A stretch of 64,000 bases of DNA from a virus (lineage: Duplodnaviria; Caudoviricetes), in the IMG/VR virus record IMGVR_UViG_3300037852_000136, positions 1,665 through 65,664 of that record, one strand, 5' to 3'. The position numbers and the translations under genes are program-made. The notes under the pieces were generated by a model that worked only from the letters and a program-made list of their open reading frames with translations, did not search any database and had not been told where the DNA came from. This document shows, piece after piece, positions 9,922-17,453 of the stretch. Positions within the stretch are counted from its first letter, which is position 1, and each line of letters opens with the position of its first letter.

Positions 9922-10284
9922 ATGCGGCTCCCGCTCGCCATAGCTTTGTGCCTGTTGCCCAGCCTAGGGATAGCGCGGGACAACGGCCAATGGGGCAGCC
10001 AAACCAGCGTGCGCGAATGGTTCCAGGGCTTGCAGCAGCCGGACAATCCGCGCGTCTCGTGCTGCGGTGAAGCTGACGCGTTCGAGGCCGACACGTTCGA
10101 GGTTGAAGGCGACCACTACGTCGCGATAATCACGGACGGCAGGGGCGTTATCGCGAACGGCACTCGCATCAATGTTCCGAACTACAAGATGAAGTACGAC
10201 AGCGGCAACCCAACCGGCCACGGCATCATATTTCTCGACACCAAAATGTTGGTGTTCTGCTACGTCGCACCCGGAGGAGCTTAA
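9922..10284 (+). CDS. Exported Cys-containing protein (SCC motif)
   Basis: Signal peptide MRLPLAIALCLLPSLGIA; WFQGL..VSCCGEAD..GNPTGHGIIF..FCYV. Confidence 0.7.
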   Translation: MRLPLAIALCLLPSLGIARDNGQWGSQTSVREWFQGLQQPDNPRVSCCGEADAFEADTFEVEGDHYVAIITDGRGVIANGTRINVPNYKMKYDSGNPTGHGIIFLDTKMLVFCYVAPGGA

Positions 10285-10287
10285 ATC

Positions 10288-10917
10288 ATGCCCAACAAAC
10301 CCGTCGTCATCGATATCTATCACGGCGATCCGGTCGAGGATTTCCAGGCCGTCAAGGACTTCGGCATCGTCGGCGTGATCCACAAGGCGAGCGAGGGGCT
10401 GAACGACACTGACCCTCTCTACGATGTTCGCCGCCAGGCCTTCACCGCCATCGGCATGAAGTGGGGCGCATACCACTTCATGCACGACGGTAACGGTGCC
10501 GCGCAGGCAGATCACTTTCTTGAGGTCGCGAAGCCTGACGATGATACGCTGCTCGCCTGCGATTGGGAGAACAATTCCAGCGGTGGCGGCTATCCGTCCG
10601 TGCAAACCGTCAAGGATTTTTGCCAACGCATAAACGACAAGCTCGGGCGCTGGCCGGTCCTCTACTCCGGAAACGTCGCCAAGGAGGCCCTCAAGGGCAA
10701 GGACCCATTTTTCGCAAACCTGCGGCTTTGGCTGTGTCAGTACGGTGCCAAGTGGAAGGTGCAAACGAGCTGGACGACGCCATGGCTGTGGCAGCAGAAC
10801 GGGGATGACTTCGGTCCCGGCCCGCACCAGATCCCCGGCATCAAGGGCAACTGCGACAACAACTGCTTGGTCGACCCGATGACGGTGGATGATCTCCTTG
10901 CGGAGTGGGCGACATGA
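10288..10917 (+). CDS. Endolysin, glycoside hydrolase family 25 lysozyme
   Basis: IDIYHG, HKASEG, GAYHF, ACDWE, LWLCQY, WLWQ, CDNN motifs. Confidence 0.92.
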   Translation: MPNKPVVIDIYHGDPVEDFQAVKDFGIVGVIHKASEGLNDTDPLYDVRRQAFTAIGMKWGAYHFMHDGNGAAQADHFLEVAKPDDDTLLACDWENNSSGGGYPSVQTVKDFCQRINDKLGRWPVLYSGNVAKEALKGKDPFFANLRLWLCQYGAKWKVQTSWTTPWLWQQNGDDFGPGPHQIPGIKGNCDNNCLVDPMTVDDLLAEWAT

Positions 10918-11165
10918 ACGCCGTCTCGATTTTCGCCATCGTGGTGACAATCATCCTCGCCGGGATGCTGGCGGCCAGCAGCTCGGGGTTCTACCAGCCG
11001 GGATCGTTCTCGGGGCCGGAACCAACCAACGAGCAAGCCGCCGCTTGTCTCTCTGACGCACTGCGGCTTTGCGACATCAAGGTCGTGGACCGCACCGAGA
11101 TCAAGGCGTGCCTGATGCGGCACCGCAATCAGCTCAGCCCGGAATGCCGGAGCGCTTTCCGATGA
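10914..11165 (+). CDS. Exported cysteine-rich repeat protein
   Basis: Signal/anchor followed by C-x2-DALRLC..ACL..HRNQLSPECR. Confidence 0.7.
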   Translation: MNAVSIFAIVVTIILAGMLAASSSGFYQPGSFSGPEPTNEQAAACLSDALRLCDIKVVDRTEIKACLMRHRNQLSPECRSAFR

Positions 11166-11332
11166 GCCGTCCCGAATTCAAATACACCTGCTCACTCGCG
11201 GAGTTCCGGGCCGGAATGCCGAGCGATGAATATATCCGACGATACGAGGCATGGTGCTTCGGGCTGACGATTGAGGACTACCGGGCGCGAATCGCGGCCG
11301 GGCAGAGGCTGTTCACCAATCTCCGAAACTGA
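11162..11332 (+). CDS. Hypothetical protein
   Basis: ATGA overlap with upstream gene, 56 aa. Confidence 0.5.
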   Translation: MSRPEFKYTCSLAEFRAGMPSDEYIRRYEAWCFGLTIEDYRARIAAGQRLFTNLRN

Positions 11333-11343
11333 GGATCAAAGCC

Positions 11344-11544
11344 ATGGACACTCCCAATCTCGACAAGATGCTGCGAGACGCGGCAGGCGGCACCAGCATC
11401 TTCACGTTGGAAAAAGAAGTCCCGGCCGCTCTGAAAGAGTTTTCCGCTTGGAAGGCCGACATGGAAAGTCGGCTGACTGCGCTCGAAGGGCCGTCTAACG
11501 TCGTCGGCGGGCGTCATCCCGGATCAACAGGATCGGGCGATTGA
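11344..11544 (+). CDS. Hypothetical protein
   Basis: GAGGA SD; short coiled coil. Confidence 0.6.
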   Translation: MDTPNLDKMLRDAAGGTSIFTLEKEVPAALKEFSAWKADMESRLTALEGPSNVVGGRHPGSTGSGD

Positions 11545-11545
11545 C

Positions 11546-12592
11546 ATGGACACCCCGTCTCCGACCACTCCGCTTTCGACCATGACTTCGATTCTGACCA
11601 CGGCTGCTACTTTGGGGTTGACGGGGCTTGGCACCTTCCTGGCTACCCATGGCCTTATGAACTCAAGCGGCACCGAGGCACTGATCTCCCTCGCCCCGTT
11701 CGTAGCCGCCGCCGGAGTGGCTACATGGAGGGAATACGTGCGCCCCATCCTGACCGCCCAGCTTGAAGTGCTTAAGGCAAAATCGCTCGCCCAGGCTGCG
11801 GCGCTCAAAGCTGCCAACGCTCCCAAGGTCACGGTGGCGCAGATTGCCGCCCAGAGCCCCACCATGGACGCGACCCAGGTGGTCAAGGCTATCGCAACCC
11901 TGCCACCCGAGATCAAGGCAACCGTAGGACCTCCAGCGACGCCCGCGGCGAGCTTCCCGCCCCCGAAGGCTATCCTTGGCTTGGCTCTCGTGGCCGCGTT
12001 CCTAGGGCTGCTCGGCCCCGGCGCAGCCCATGCCCAGCAGGGCAACCGATCGAACCCGCCGATCCGCAATACCCCGGCCCTGACCGGCAATCCCATCCAG
12101 GACATCAAGAACGCCACCCAGCCGGCCGGCGCCAGCAGCGAGATCAAGCTGACTGGCGACCCGATCGCCGATCTGCACGCCGCCATCACCAAGGGGGGCG
12201 CCAAGCTGATCCTGCACCTGAAGCAAAGCTACGCGCTGGCCATGGCCAAGGGATCGAGCGGGAGCGCCGACAACACCTCGGCGATGTGCACGCGCGCGCT
12301 GGTTCCGATTGTCGATCTGGTCGTCAACGGCCCCAAGATGGGCACCCTCGATCCGGCCGACTCGATGAACCTGACCTCCGACGAGGTGACCGCGGCGGCC
12401 GACACCAGCGAGCCCGAGGGGCCGATCGTGGCGATTGAGAAGCTGCGCATCCTGCGGTTGGCGGTCACCAGCCCGGCGCTTAATGACGCCTGCGGAGCGC
12501 TGGTGCAGGATGAGGTCAAGAACGCGCAAGCTCTTGTCGGTAAGATTACGAGCCTGATCACGGGCGTCGGGCTGCTGCCGGCGGGGTTGTGA
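11546..12592 (+). CDS. Holin-like membrane protein fused to an exported domain
   Basis: Two N-terminal TM segments; third hydrophobic segment ending AHA|Q; helical C-domain with 2 Cys; lysis context. Confidence 0.55.
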   Translation: MDTPSPTTPLSTMTSILTTAATLGLTGLGTFLATHGLMNSSGTEALISLAPFVAAAGVATWREYVRPILTAQLEVLKAKSLAQAAALKAANAPKVTVAQIAAQSPTMDATQVVKAIATLPPEIKATVGPPATPAASFPPPKAILGLALVAAFLGLLGPGAAHAQQGNRSNPPIRNTPALTGNPIQDIKNATQPAGASSEIKLTGDPIADLHAAITKGGAKLILHLKQSYALAMAKGSSGSADNTSAMCTRALVPIVDLVVNGPKMGTLDPADSMNLTSDEVTAAADTSEPEGPIVAIEKLRILRLAVTSPALNDACGALVQDEVKNAQALVGKITSLITGVGLLPAGL

Positions 12593-12601
12593 TCTGGCGC
12601 C

Positions 12602-13072
12602 ATGGCTGATCAGCGCATCGTCCGCCCCGATCCCGATCCGACCGAGCGGACGATCGAGCAGTCGCTGCGGGAGATAGCGAACATCGAAAAATTCCTGTCG
12701 GGCGCGATTAAAGCCCTCCAGGATCTAATCGAGGAGAAGCTGATCGGTGTCGCCACACAATTCCTCATGCGCGATACGGCTCTCGCCGCCGCCTTCAAGG
12801 CTGCACAGGATGCAGTGACAGAACAAAATAAGGCAAGCGCAACGGCGATCTCTAAGAGCGAGCTGGCCACTGCAGAAAGTATCAAGCAATTGCAGACCAT
12901 TTTTCAGACCGCGAGCCAGGCGACCAACGACAAGATTGATGACCTGAAATCGCGGATGGACAAGGGCGAGGGACGGGCAAAAGGGCTCGGCGATGGATGG
13001 GGCTATCTGGTCGGCGGCATCGGTGTGGTTTGGGGAATTGTCGCGACTGTTGAATTGGTAACGAAACACTGA
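12602..13072 (+). CDS. Coiled-coil protein with C-terminal TM (lysis module)
   Basis: Heptad-rich; C-terminal WGYLVGGIGVVWGIV. Confidence 0.7.
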   Translation: MADQRIVRPDPDPTERTIEQSLREIANIEKFLSGAIKALQDLIEEKLIGVATQFLMRDTALAAAFKAAQDAVTEQNKASATAISKSELATAESIKQLQTIFQTASQATNDKIDDLKSRMDKGEGRAKGLGDGWGYLVGGIGVVWGIVATVELVTKH

Positions 13073-13169
13073 AGGATTCACTGTGTTGTCGAAAATGTTC
13101 CCGTAGAACTCGGCTAGGGACGCCGGACGCACCAAGCAAGTGCGCCTCTCTTTCGAAAGAGCTTTGGAG

Positions 13170-13484
13170 ATGTCTGATACGGGACTTATGGACTATGGGA
13201 AATTTGCCCTTGAATTTATAGCCGGAGGCGGGGCACTGGCGGCCATCTTGGTAAAAATGGGGAGAATGGCGGGGACGTTCGAGCAAGTGAGCGATCAGCA
13301 ATCGAAAGAGCTGTTGGAGCTAAAGGTCTCCATCGAAAAGCTGGAAGAGGTAGTAACGACCGTCGCTGTTCAGAAGGTGGTAATGGAGAACCTGCAAAGC
13401 CAGATCACCATGCTGACAAAGTGGTACGACGAATTGAGGCATGGGCGCGGACTGATCCGCAACGGCGAACACGCGAGTGATTAG
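13170..13484 (+). CDS. Membrane-anchored coiled-coil protein (lysis module)
   Basis: N-terminal TM followed by heptad repeats. Confidence 0.65.
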   Translation: MSDTGLMDYGKFALEFIAGGGALAAILVKMGRMAGTFEQVSDQQSKELLELKVSIEKLEEVVTTVAVQKVVMENLQSQITMLTKWYDELRHGRGLIRNGEHASD

Positions 13485-13564
13485 GCAAGAACTTCGTGAC
13501 AGCCGCAGTTGCAGCCGCCGAGGCATTTCCAATAGTCAAATACGTCGCTCATGGTGGTGCATCC

Positions 13565-13831
13565 TCAGGTAGGACTTTGCGTGGTGCTGGTCGGCCCTTG
13601 CCAACCATCGCCGCGCTGGCTGCGGTTCATCTCGTACAACCGCTCGATGGCTCGGTAGGCATCTCCGCAGGCTTTTCCGTCGTTGTCGAACCAAAACGTT
13701 ACCGTACACCAATGATTAGGATCATTGCTGTGAACAGATATGGCGATATCCTTAGCTTTGAGCATCGCGAGTGCGCCCGGTAATCGATTGCGCAATATGT
13801 CGATGGCAGTTCTGATGCCGCTGAACGTCAT
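13565..13831 (-). CDS. Hypothetical protein
   Basis: Last gene of the overlapping minus-strand operon. Confidence 0.55.
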   Translation of the reverse strand: MTFSGIRTAIDILRNRLPGALAMLKAKDIAISVHSNDPNHWCTVTFWFDNDGKACGDAYRAIERLYEMNRSQRGDGWQGPTSTTQSPT

Positions 13832-14031
13832 TTTTCCTCCTTCGCGCCGCCGACATCCTCACCGAGAGCGAGCGCTCGGCTTGCGATCTCGACGGCTTTT
13901 GCGAATTTGCCGTAGGCGCCCTGGCTTCCAGGGGGCAGTTCCACAATCATTCTCATCGACTGCTCAAGATATCCGACTCGACGAGCTAGCCGCTCCAGCC
14001 GCTCGAGGCTTTCTGCCGCCCGGTCTGTCAT
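13828..14031 (-). CDS. Hypothetical protein
   Basis: MTDRAAE start with ATGA overlaps on both sides. Confidence 0.55.
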   Translation of the reverse strand: MTDRAAESLERLERLARRVGYLEQSMRMIVELPPGSQGAYGKFAKAVEIASRALALGEDVGGAKEEK

Positions 14032-14228
14032 CGAATGTCTCCGGCAGGCGGTTCCGGTAGCAGCATCCAATGCGTCGGGTTGAAATCGTCGGTCTCGGGA
14101 ACTCGACATTTCCCCTCATCATCCATGCATCCGATTTGGATGGCACCCAGGGTCGCATCCCAATCTTCGTCGTAAACGAGAATTGCTTCCCATTTCGGCG
14201 CCGTATCGATTGCCTGCCACTCAGCCAC
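14028..14228 (-). CDS. DUF551-like phage protein
   Basis: WQAIDTAPK...PTHWMLLPEPP signature; strong SD. Confidence 0.8.
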   Translation of the reverse strand: MAEWQAIDTAPKWEAILVYDEDWDATLGAIQIGCMDDEGKCRVPETDDFNPTHWMLLPEPPAGDIR

Positions 14229-14255
14229 TGTCGCCTCCTCCTTTGATAGGACTCG

Positions 14256-14549
14256 CTATGGTATCGAGTTCAGGACGCTGATGAAGTGCTCAAGTGCCTG
14301 ATCAGACTTTTCCTTCGCTGCGGTCCATCGCCTTGCGATTTCATCCCCCAGGTCAGGAGCGAATTTGGTCACCGCCTCAGCAAGCGTAACGATCTCGTCG
14401 GCACCGATTGCCTCACGCAGCACGCGGACCACGCGAAGGCATTCGCACCCGGACATACCGCAGAGATCGTCGCCGTCTCCAACGTAATTTGAGCAGCCCT
14501 GTTCATGGGCGAGGATGATGACGAGTTCAGCGTCTGTTATCCGTTGCAT
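14256..14549 (-). CDS. Hypothetical protein (cassette-like array)
   Basis: SD AGGA supplied by the junction repeat. Confidence 0.65.
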   Translation of the reverse strand: MQRITDAELVIILAHEQGCSNYVGDGDDLCGMSGCECLRVVRVLREAIGADEIVTLAEAVTKFAPDLGDEIARRWTAAKEKSDQALEHFISVLNSIP

Positions 14550-14576
14550 GGCAGAGTCCTGTGATGAGACTATTAG

Positions 14577-14852
14577 TTACGCAGCGGTCGGCTCTTTCCG
14601 CCAAATGCGCTTCCAGCCTTCGAACATCAGGCCGCTGATTCCGCCCCTTTGCTGTGGCTTCACAATCTGCGGAGAGGGCGGGTAGTAGGGCATGGCTTGC
14701 GCTGCGGCATTGGCGGCTGGATTGCTTGACGGCACGTAGCCCTCTACGGCCTCGAACGTCACGGTCGGCTCGTGACATGTCATGACGCAGCGCCAGAGCT
14801 TGCCATGCTTGTCCACGTAGATGTCGTCTAGTTGCGCGTCGTGCACTGTCAT
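14577..14852 (-). CDS. Hypothetical protein (cassette-like array)
   Basis: AGGAGG SD; flanked by repeats. Confidence 0.7.
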   Translation of the reverse strand: MTVHDAQLDDIYVDKHGKLWRCVMTCHEPTVTFEAVEGYVPSSNPAANAAAQAMPYYPPSPQIVKPQQRGGISGLMFEGWKRIWRKEPTAA

Positions 14853-14906
14853 TTGATACCTCCTATTGCCGACACCCTACTGATGGCCCTGTGATGAGAG
14901 TCTGTG

Positions 14907-15086
14907 TCATTCTAGCGGCGTGATAGCGATGTGCCGCGCTCGTATAAACTGCCTAAAGCAAGTCTCATAGCACATCCACGGGCGCCAGTTTACGAACGTG
15001 CTCTGGCGACATCGTTTGCAGTAGAACCAGCCTGATTGTGGCTCGCCATCGACGGTAGCCTGTTGGCGTTCACATAAATTGCTCAT
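14907..15086 (-). CDS. Small Cys-rich hypothetical protein, 59 aa (not in ORF track)
   Basis: MSNLCERQQ..YCKRC..MCYETC; bounded by two repeats. Confidence 0.6.
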   Translation of the reverse strand: MSNLCERQQATVDGEPQSGWFYCKRCRQSTFVNWRPWMCYETCFRQFIRARHIAITPLE

Positions 15087-15125
15087 GCCAAGTCCCTACT
15101 GATGGCCCTGTGATGGGTGCTGGCG

Positions 15126-15389
15126 TTACGCGCGGGCTGTCGGCGCCAGCTTCAAATGGATCGAGAGCGTCCTGGCGCCGAGGGTGCGAGTAGCCAGGAC
15201 ATGCTTGCCGTCTTTCCTAACCATGGTTGCGCGCACCTTTTTACTGCGGTCGGTCTCGATATCGCAGAGCACGTCGCACGAAACCGGCTCCATTTCATCG
15301 CAGATTGGGGCAAACCAGCTTTTGATTGCGGCCTTGTCGCGCTCGGTCGCGCAACTCATGCCCTGCCATTCTGACTTAGCCACCGTCAC
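15126..15389 (-). CDS. Hypothetical protein (cassette-like array)
   Basis: AGGAGG SD; repeat follows the stop. Confidence 0.6.
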   Translation of the reverse strand: MTVAKSEWQGMSCATERDKAAIKSWFAPICDEMEPVSCDVLCDIETDRSKKVRATMVRKDGKHVLATRTLGARTLSIHLKLAPTARA

Positions 15390-15485
15390 CTCCTACGTCC
15401 TTATTTTTGGCCGGATGCTTCCTGTCCCCCGGCCGGGACGTTGGCGGTCGATTTGCCGATAGGCCCAGCAAGATCAACCTCGGAA

Positions 15486-15761
15486 TTACGAAGGGCCGAG
15501 ATAGCCGTCCGGCTTCTCGGGCTCCGGAAGTTGCTGCCCAACCATACCGTCCGAGATTCCGGTCCCAACGGTGGGGGAGCACTCTGCGCCATCCCACTTT
15601 GCCAAAAGACCAGATGGCGACATTACGCAGTCTGGATCGAGCGCCCACGCCCACGCCAGCGCCTGCTTAGCCATATAAGCCTTCTGGTGGGTCTCGTGTC
15701 CATTCGGGAGCGAGCAGCACAGTTCATGTAACTTGTCATGCTCACGTTGCAGAAAACCCAT
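15486..15761 (-). CDS. Hypothetical protein (cassette-like array)
   Basis: AAGGAG SD. Confidence 0.65.
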   Translation of the reverse strand: MGFLQREHDKLHELCCSLPNGHETHQKAYMAKQALAWAWALDPDCVMSPSGLLAKWDGAECSPTVGTGISDGMVGQQLPEPEKPDGYLGPS

Positions 15762-15836
15762 CTCATTTCTCCTTTGGTTGCTGATGTAACTTCGACATCC
15801 TACTGATGGCCCTGTGATGAGAGTCGGCGCTGTAAA

Positions 15837-16007
15837 CTACTGAGTTCCGGGCGACGCCCGTCTCCACTTGCGGACAAGCTCTTGCAGGCTGCTTCTGCAG
15901 CTATTGCAAAGATCGATGCCTTTCTCATCGTCCGGCATCGTGACGATGTTCCCCATAGTATATCCCTTTATGTCGGCATCGCACCGATCGCAAAAATTCC
16001 GTCTCAT
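15837..16007 (-). CDS. Small zinc-finger-like protein, 56 aa (not in ORF track)
   Basis: MRRNFCDRC..DLCNSC; GGAG SD. Confidence 0.65.
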   Translation of the reverse strand: MRRNFCDRCDADIKGYTMGNIVTMPDDEKGIDLCNSCRSSLQELVRKWRRASPGTQ

Positions 16008-16066
16008 CTCCGCTCTCCATTTTGCCTGTCCACCGGAACCGACCGAGACTCCTGTTGTGTGTCTAG

Positions 16067-16246
16067 CTAGTGGTCGGCGTTAAGCGCTTGATTGATTTTA
16101 TTGAGTGCAGCCTGCTGGATATCTTTGGCAGCCCCGATCTCTCCATAGGTCGCTATCCACGTTGCGGCGGCCTGTAGGGTGGCGCGCAATGTTTTGATCT
16201 CTCGAATTCTCGCCTGCCGCGTCGCCTCTTCAGGATTGGTCAGCAT
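16067..16246 (-). CDS. Hypothetical protein, 59 aa (not in ORF track)
   Basis: MLTNPEEATRQ...; GGAGGGGG SD. Confidence 0.6.
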   Translation of the reverse strand: MLTNPEEATRQARIREIKTLRATLQAAATWIATYGEIGAAKDIQQAALNKINQALNADH

Positions 16247-16309
16247 TGCCCCCTCCGACTTTCCAGTCCATCGATCTCTCCCGCCAAGTCTCTGTGATGA
16301 GAGTCGGTG

Positions 16310-16525
16310 TCAGCCTTCGGCCGCAAACTTGCGTTTAAGGCGCTCGTATTCCTTGCGATCGCGGTCATCCGCGGCCACATCGGTTGGCATTATCTGCCAG
16401 AAATCCCCCTCATTGACCCAGACGAGTATACAATCTCCAAGCGCTCGCAATGGTGACTGTGTCATCGCAGCGTGCATCTCTGCGGCCGTGCTGCCGGCGG
16501 CATGAATGTAGCGAAGCTGAGCCAT
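16310..16525 (-). CDS. Hypothetical protein
   Basis: AGGAG SD; C-terminal EYERLKRKF. Confidence 0.65.
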   Translation of the reverse strand: MAQLRYIHAAGSTAAEMHAAMTQSPLRALGDCILVWVNEGDFWQIMPTDVAADDRDRKEYERLKRKFAAEG

Positions 16526-16545
16526 TCCGTTCTCCTGCAAAGTCC

Positions 16546-16737
16546 CTACTGAGGATTGGCTTCCATTTCGTCAAAGTGGTCCTTGACGAAAGTCAGCACC
16601 CGCTCTTTGGTGCGCTGAGATTTGAGCGTACCGAGCGTCCCCATGACGCGAACGAACGCGCGCACGGCAGGATCAGATAGCCCAACTCGCAACTGTTCTG
16701 CTTCCTGGCGGTGCTCAACCTTGATCTTAGCGAGCAT
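16546..16737 (-). CDS. Hypothetical protein
   Basis: AGGAG SD; stop codon lies inside a repeat half-unit. Confidence 0.65.
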   Translation of the reverse strand: MLAKIKVEHRQEAEQLRVGLSDPAVRAFVRVMGTLGTLKSQRTKERVLTFVKDHFDEMEANPQ

Positions 16738-16776
16738 TTTTTAGTCTCCTGTGTATCCGTTGGTCTCGACCGATGA

Positions 16777-16938
16777 CTATGTGCCGACGCCAGCAGCTTG
16801 TTTGAGAGCCCGGACGATGGCATTCTTGAGAAGCTGTCTAGCCGTGCGCAGATCGCCTTCCTTGCCGTTACCGGCCGCGAGAGCGAAGGTCAGCCCCTCT
16901 TCGACGATGATCCGTTCGGCCGTCTTGTCGTAGTCCAT
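16777..16938 (-). CDS. Hypothetical protein, 53 aa (not in ORF track)
   Basis: MDYDKTAERII...; GGAGGG SD. Confidence 0.55.
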   Translation of the reverse strand: MDYDKTAERIIVEEGLTFALAAGNGKEGDLRTARQLLKNAIVRALKQAAGVGT

Positions 16939-16980
16939 AGTCACCCTCCCGCTTCCCTATCCGTGCTCAATAGCGCGTCT

Positions 16981-17262
16981 TCACAATTTGAACAGCCCAT
17001 TGCGTATCCCCATGATGTGGCTCTTGCGCGCGCGCGGCGACAGCCTCGGCAGCGGGAACCCTTTCTTCTTTTGTATAAGCGTCTCCATCAACCCGAGAAG
17101 CTCGTTCACATGCTCGATATCGTGCGGGCCGCCGCCGGGACGGGTGCCCTTGAGCACCCAGCCCCGGACGGTCGGATGGGGGCGATCGAACCAGCGGGCT
17201 AAATCCGCCACCCGCAGGTTGCCCCGCTTCATGCACACCTGCAAGCGCCTCTGGATCGTCAT
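16981..17262 (-). CDS. HTH DNA-binding protein
   Basis: LRVADLARWFDRPHPTVRGWV helix-turn-helix pattern. Confidence 0.7.
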   Translation of the reverse strand: MTIQRRLQVCMKRGNLRVADLARWFDRPHPTVRGWVLKGTRPGGGPHDIEHVNELLGLMETLIQKKKGFPLPRLSPRARKSHIMGIRNGLFKL

Positions 17263-17453
17263 TTCGGATACACCCTCAGTTCAACTACTCGCCCCACATA
17301 GAACGCCTTTTGGTGGGCAGCGGTAGCCGGTATTTCGATCGACTGCCGACCGAGAGGTCTCCAGTCGGCGGCTGAAGGCGGACTCCCTTGGAAAGACACT
17401 ACTAGCGTGTCTCCATGAGATTCCACCCACACCACTTCGCACCGGAGTTTCAC
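17259..17453 (-). CDS. Hypothetical protein
   Basis: Overlapping start and stop in operon. Confidence 0.55.
   Translation of the reverse strand: MKLRCEVVWVESHGDTLVVSFQGSPPSAADWRPLGRQSIEIPATAAHQKAFYVGRVVELRVYPK

Larger units (their letters stand above)
14556..16552 (-). repeat. Dispersed intergenic junction repeat, minus-strand consensus GACTCTCATCACAGG(GCCATCAGTAGGG)
   Basis: Copies at ~14556-14570, 14871-14902, 15087-15115, 15794-15827, 16283-16307 and 16540-16552 (also 25183-25197), each just after a stop codon. Confidence 0.85.

Noticed and set aside
9964-10950. Long antisense or alternate-frame ORFs (e.g. 9964-10950, 4248-5156, 17513-18571, 32675-33598, 62081-63004)
   Set aside because: Shadows of GC-rich coding genes with no recognisable motifs
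14879-14897. CTGA-N7-GTGATGA resembling a box D'/C' K-loop or hammerhead core
   Set aside because: It is antisense to the genes, several copies lack the CTGA part, and there is no CUGANGA/GAAA pairing or supporting stems
14556-16552. Junction repeats as a CRISPR array
   Set aside because: Spacing is hundreds of bases, filled with ORFs; copies vary in length; the only Cas4-like gene is an ordinary phage replication nuclease
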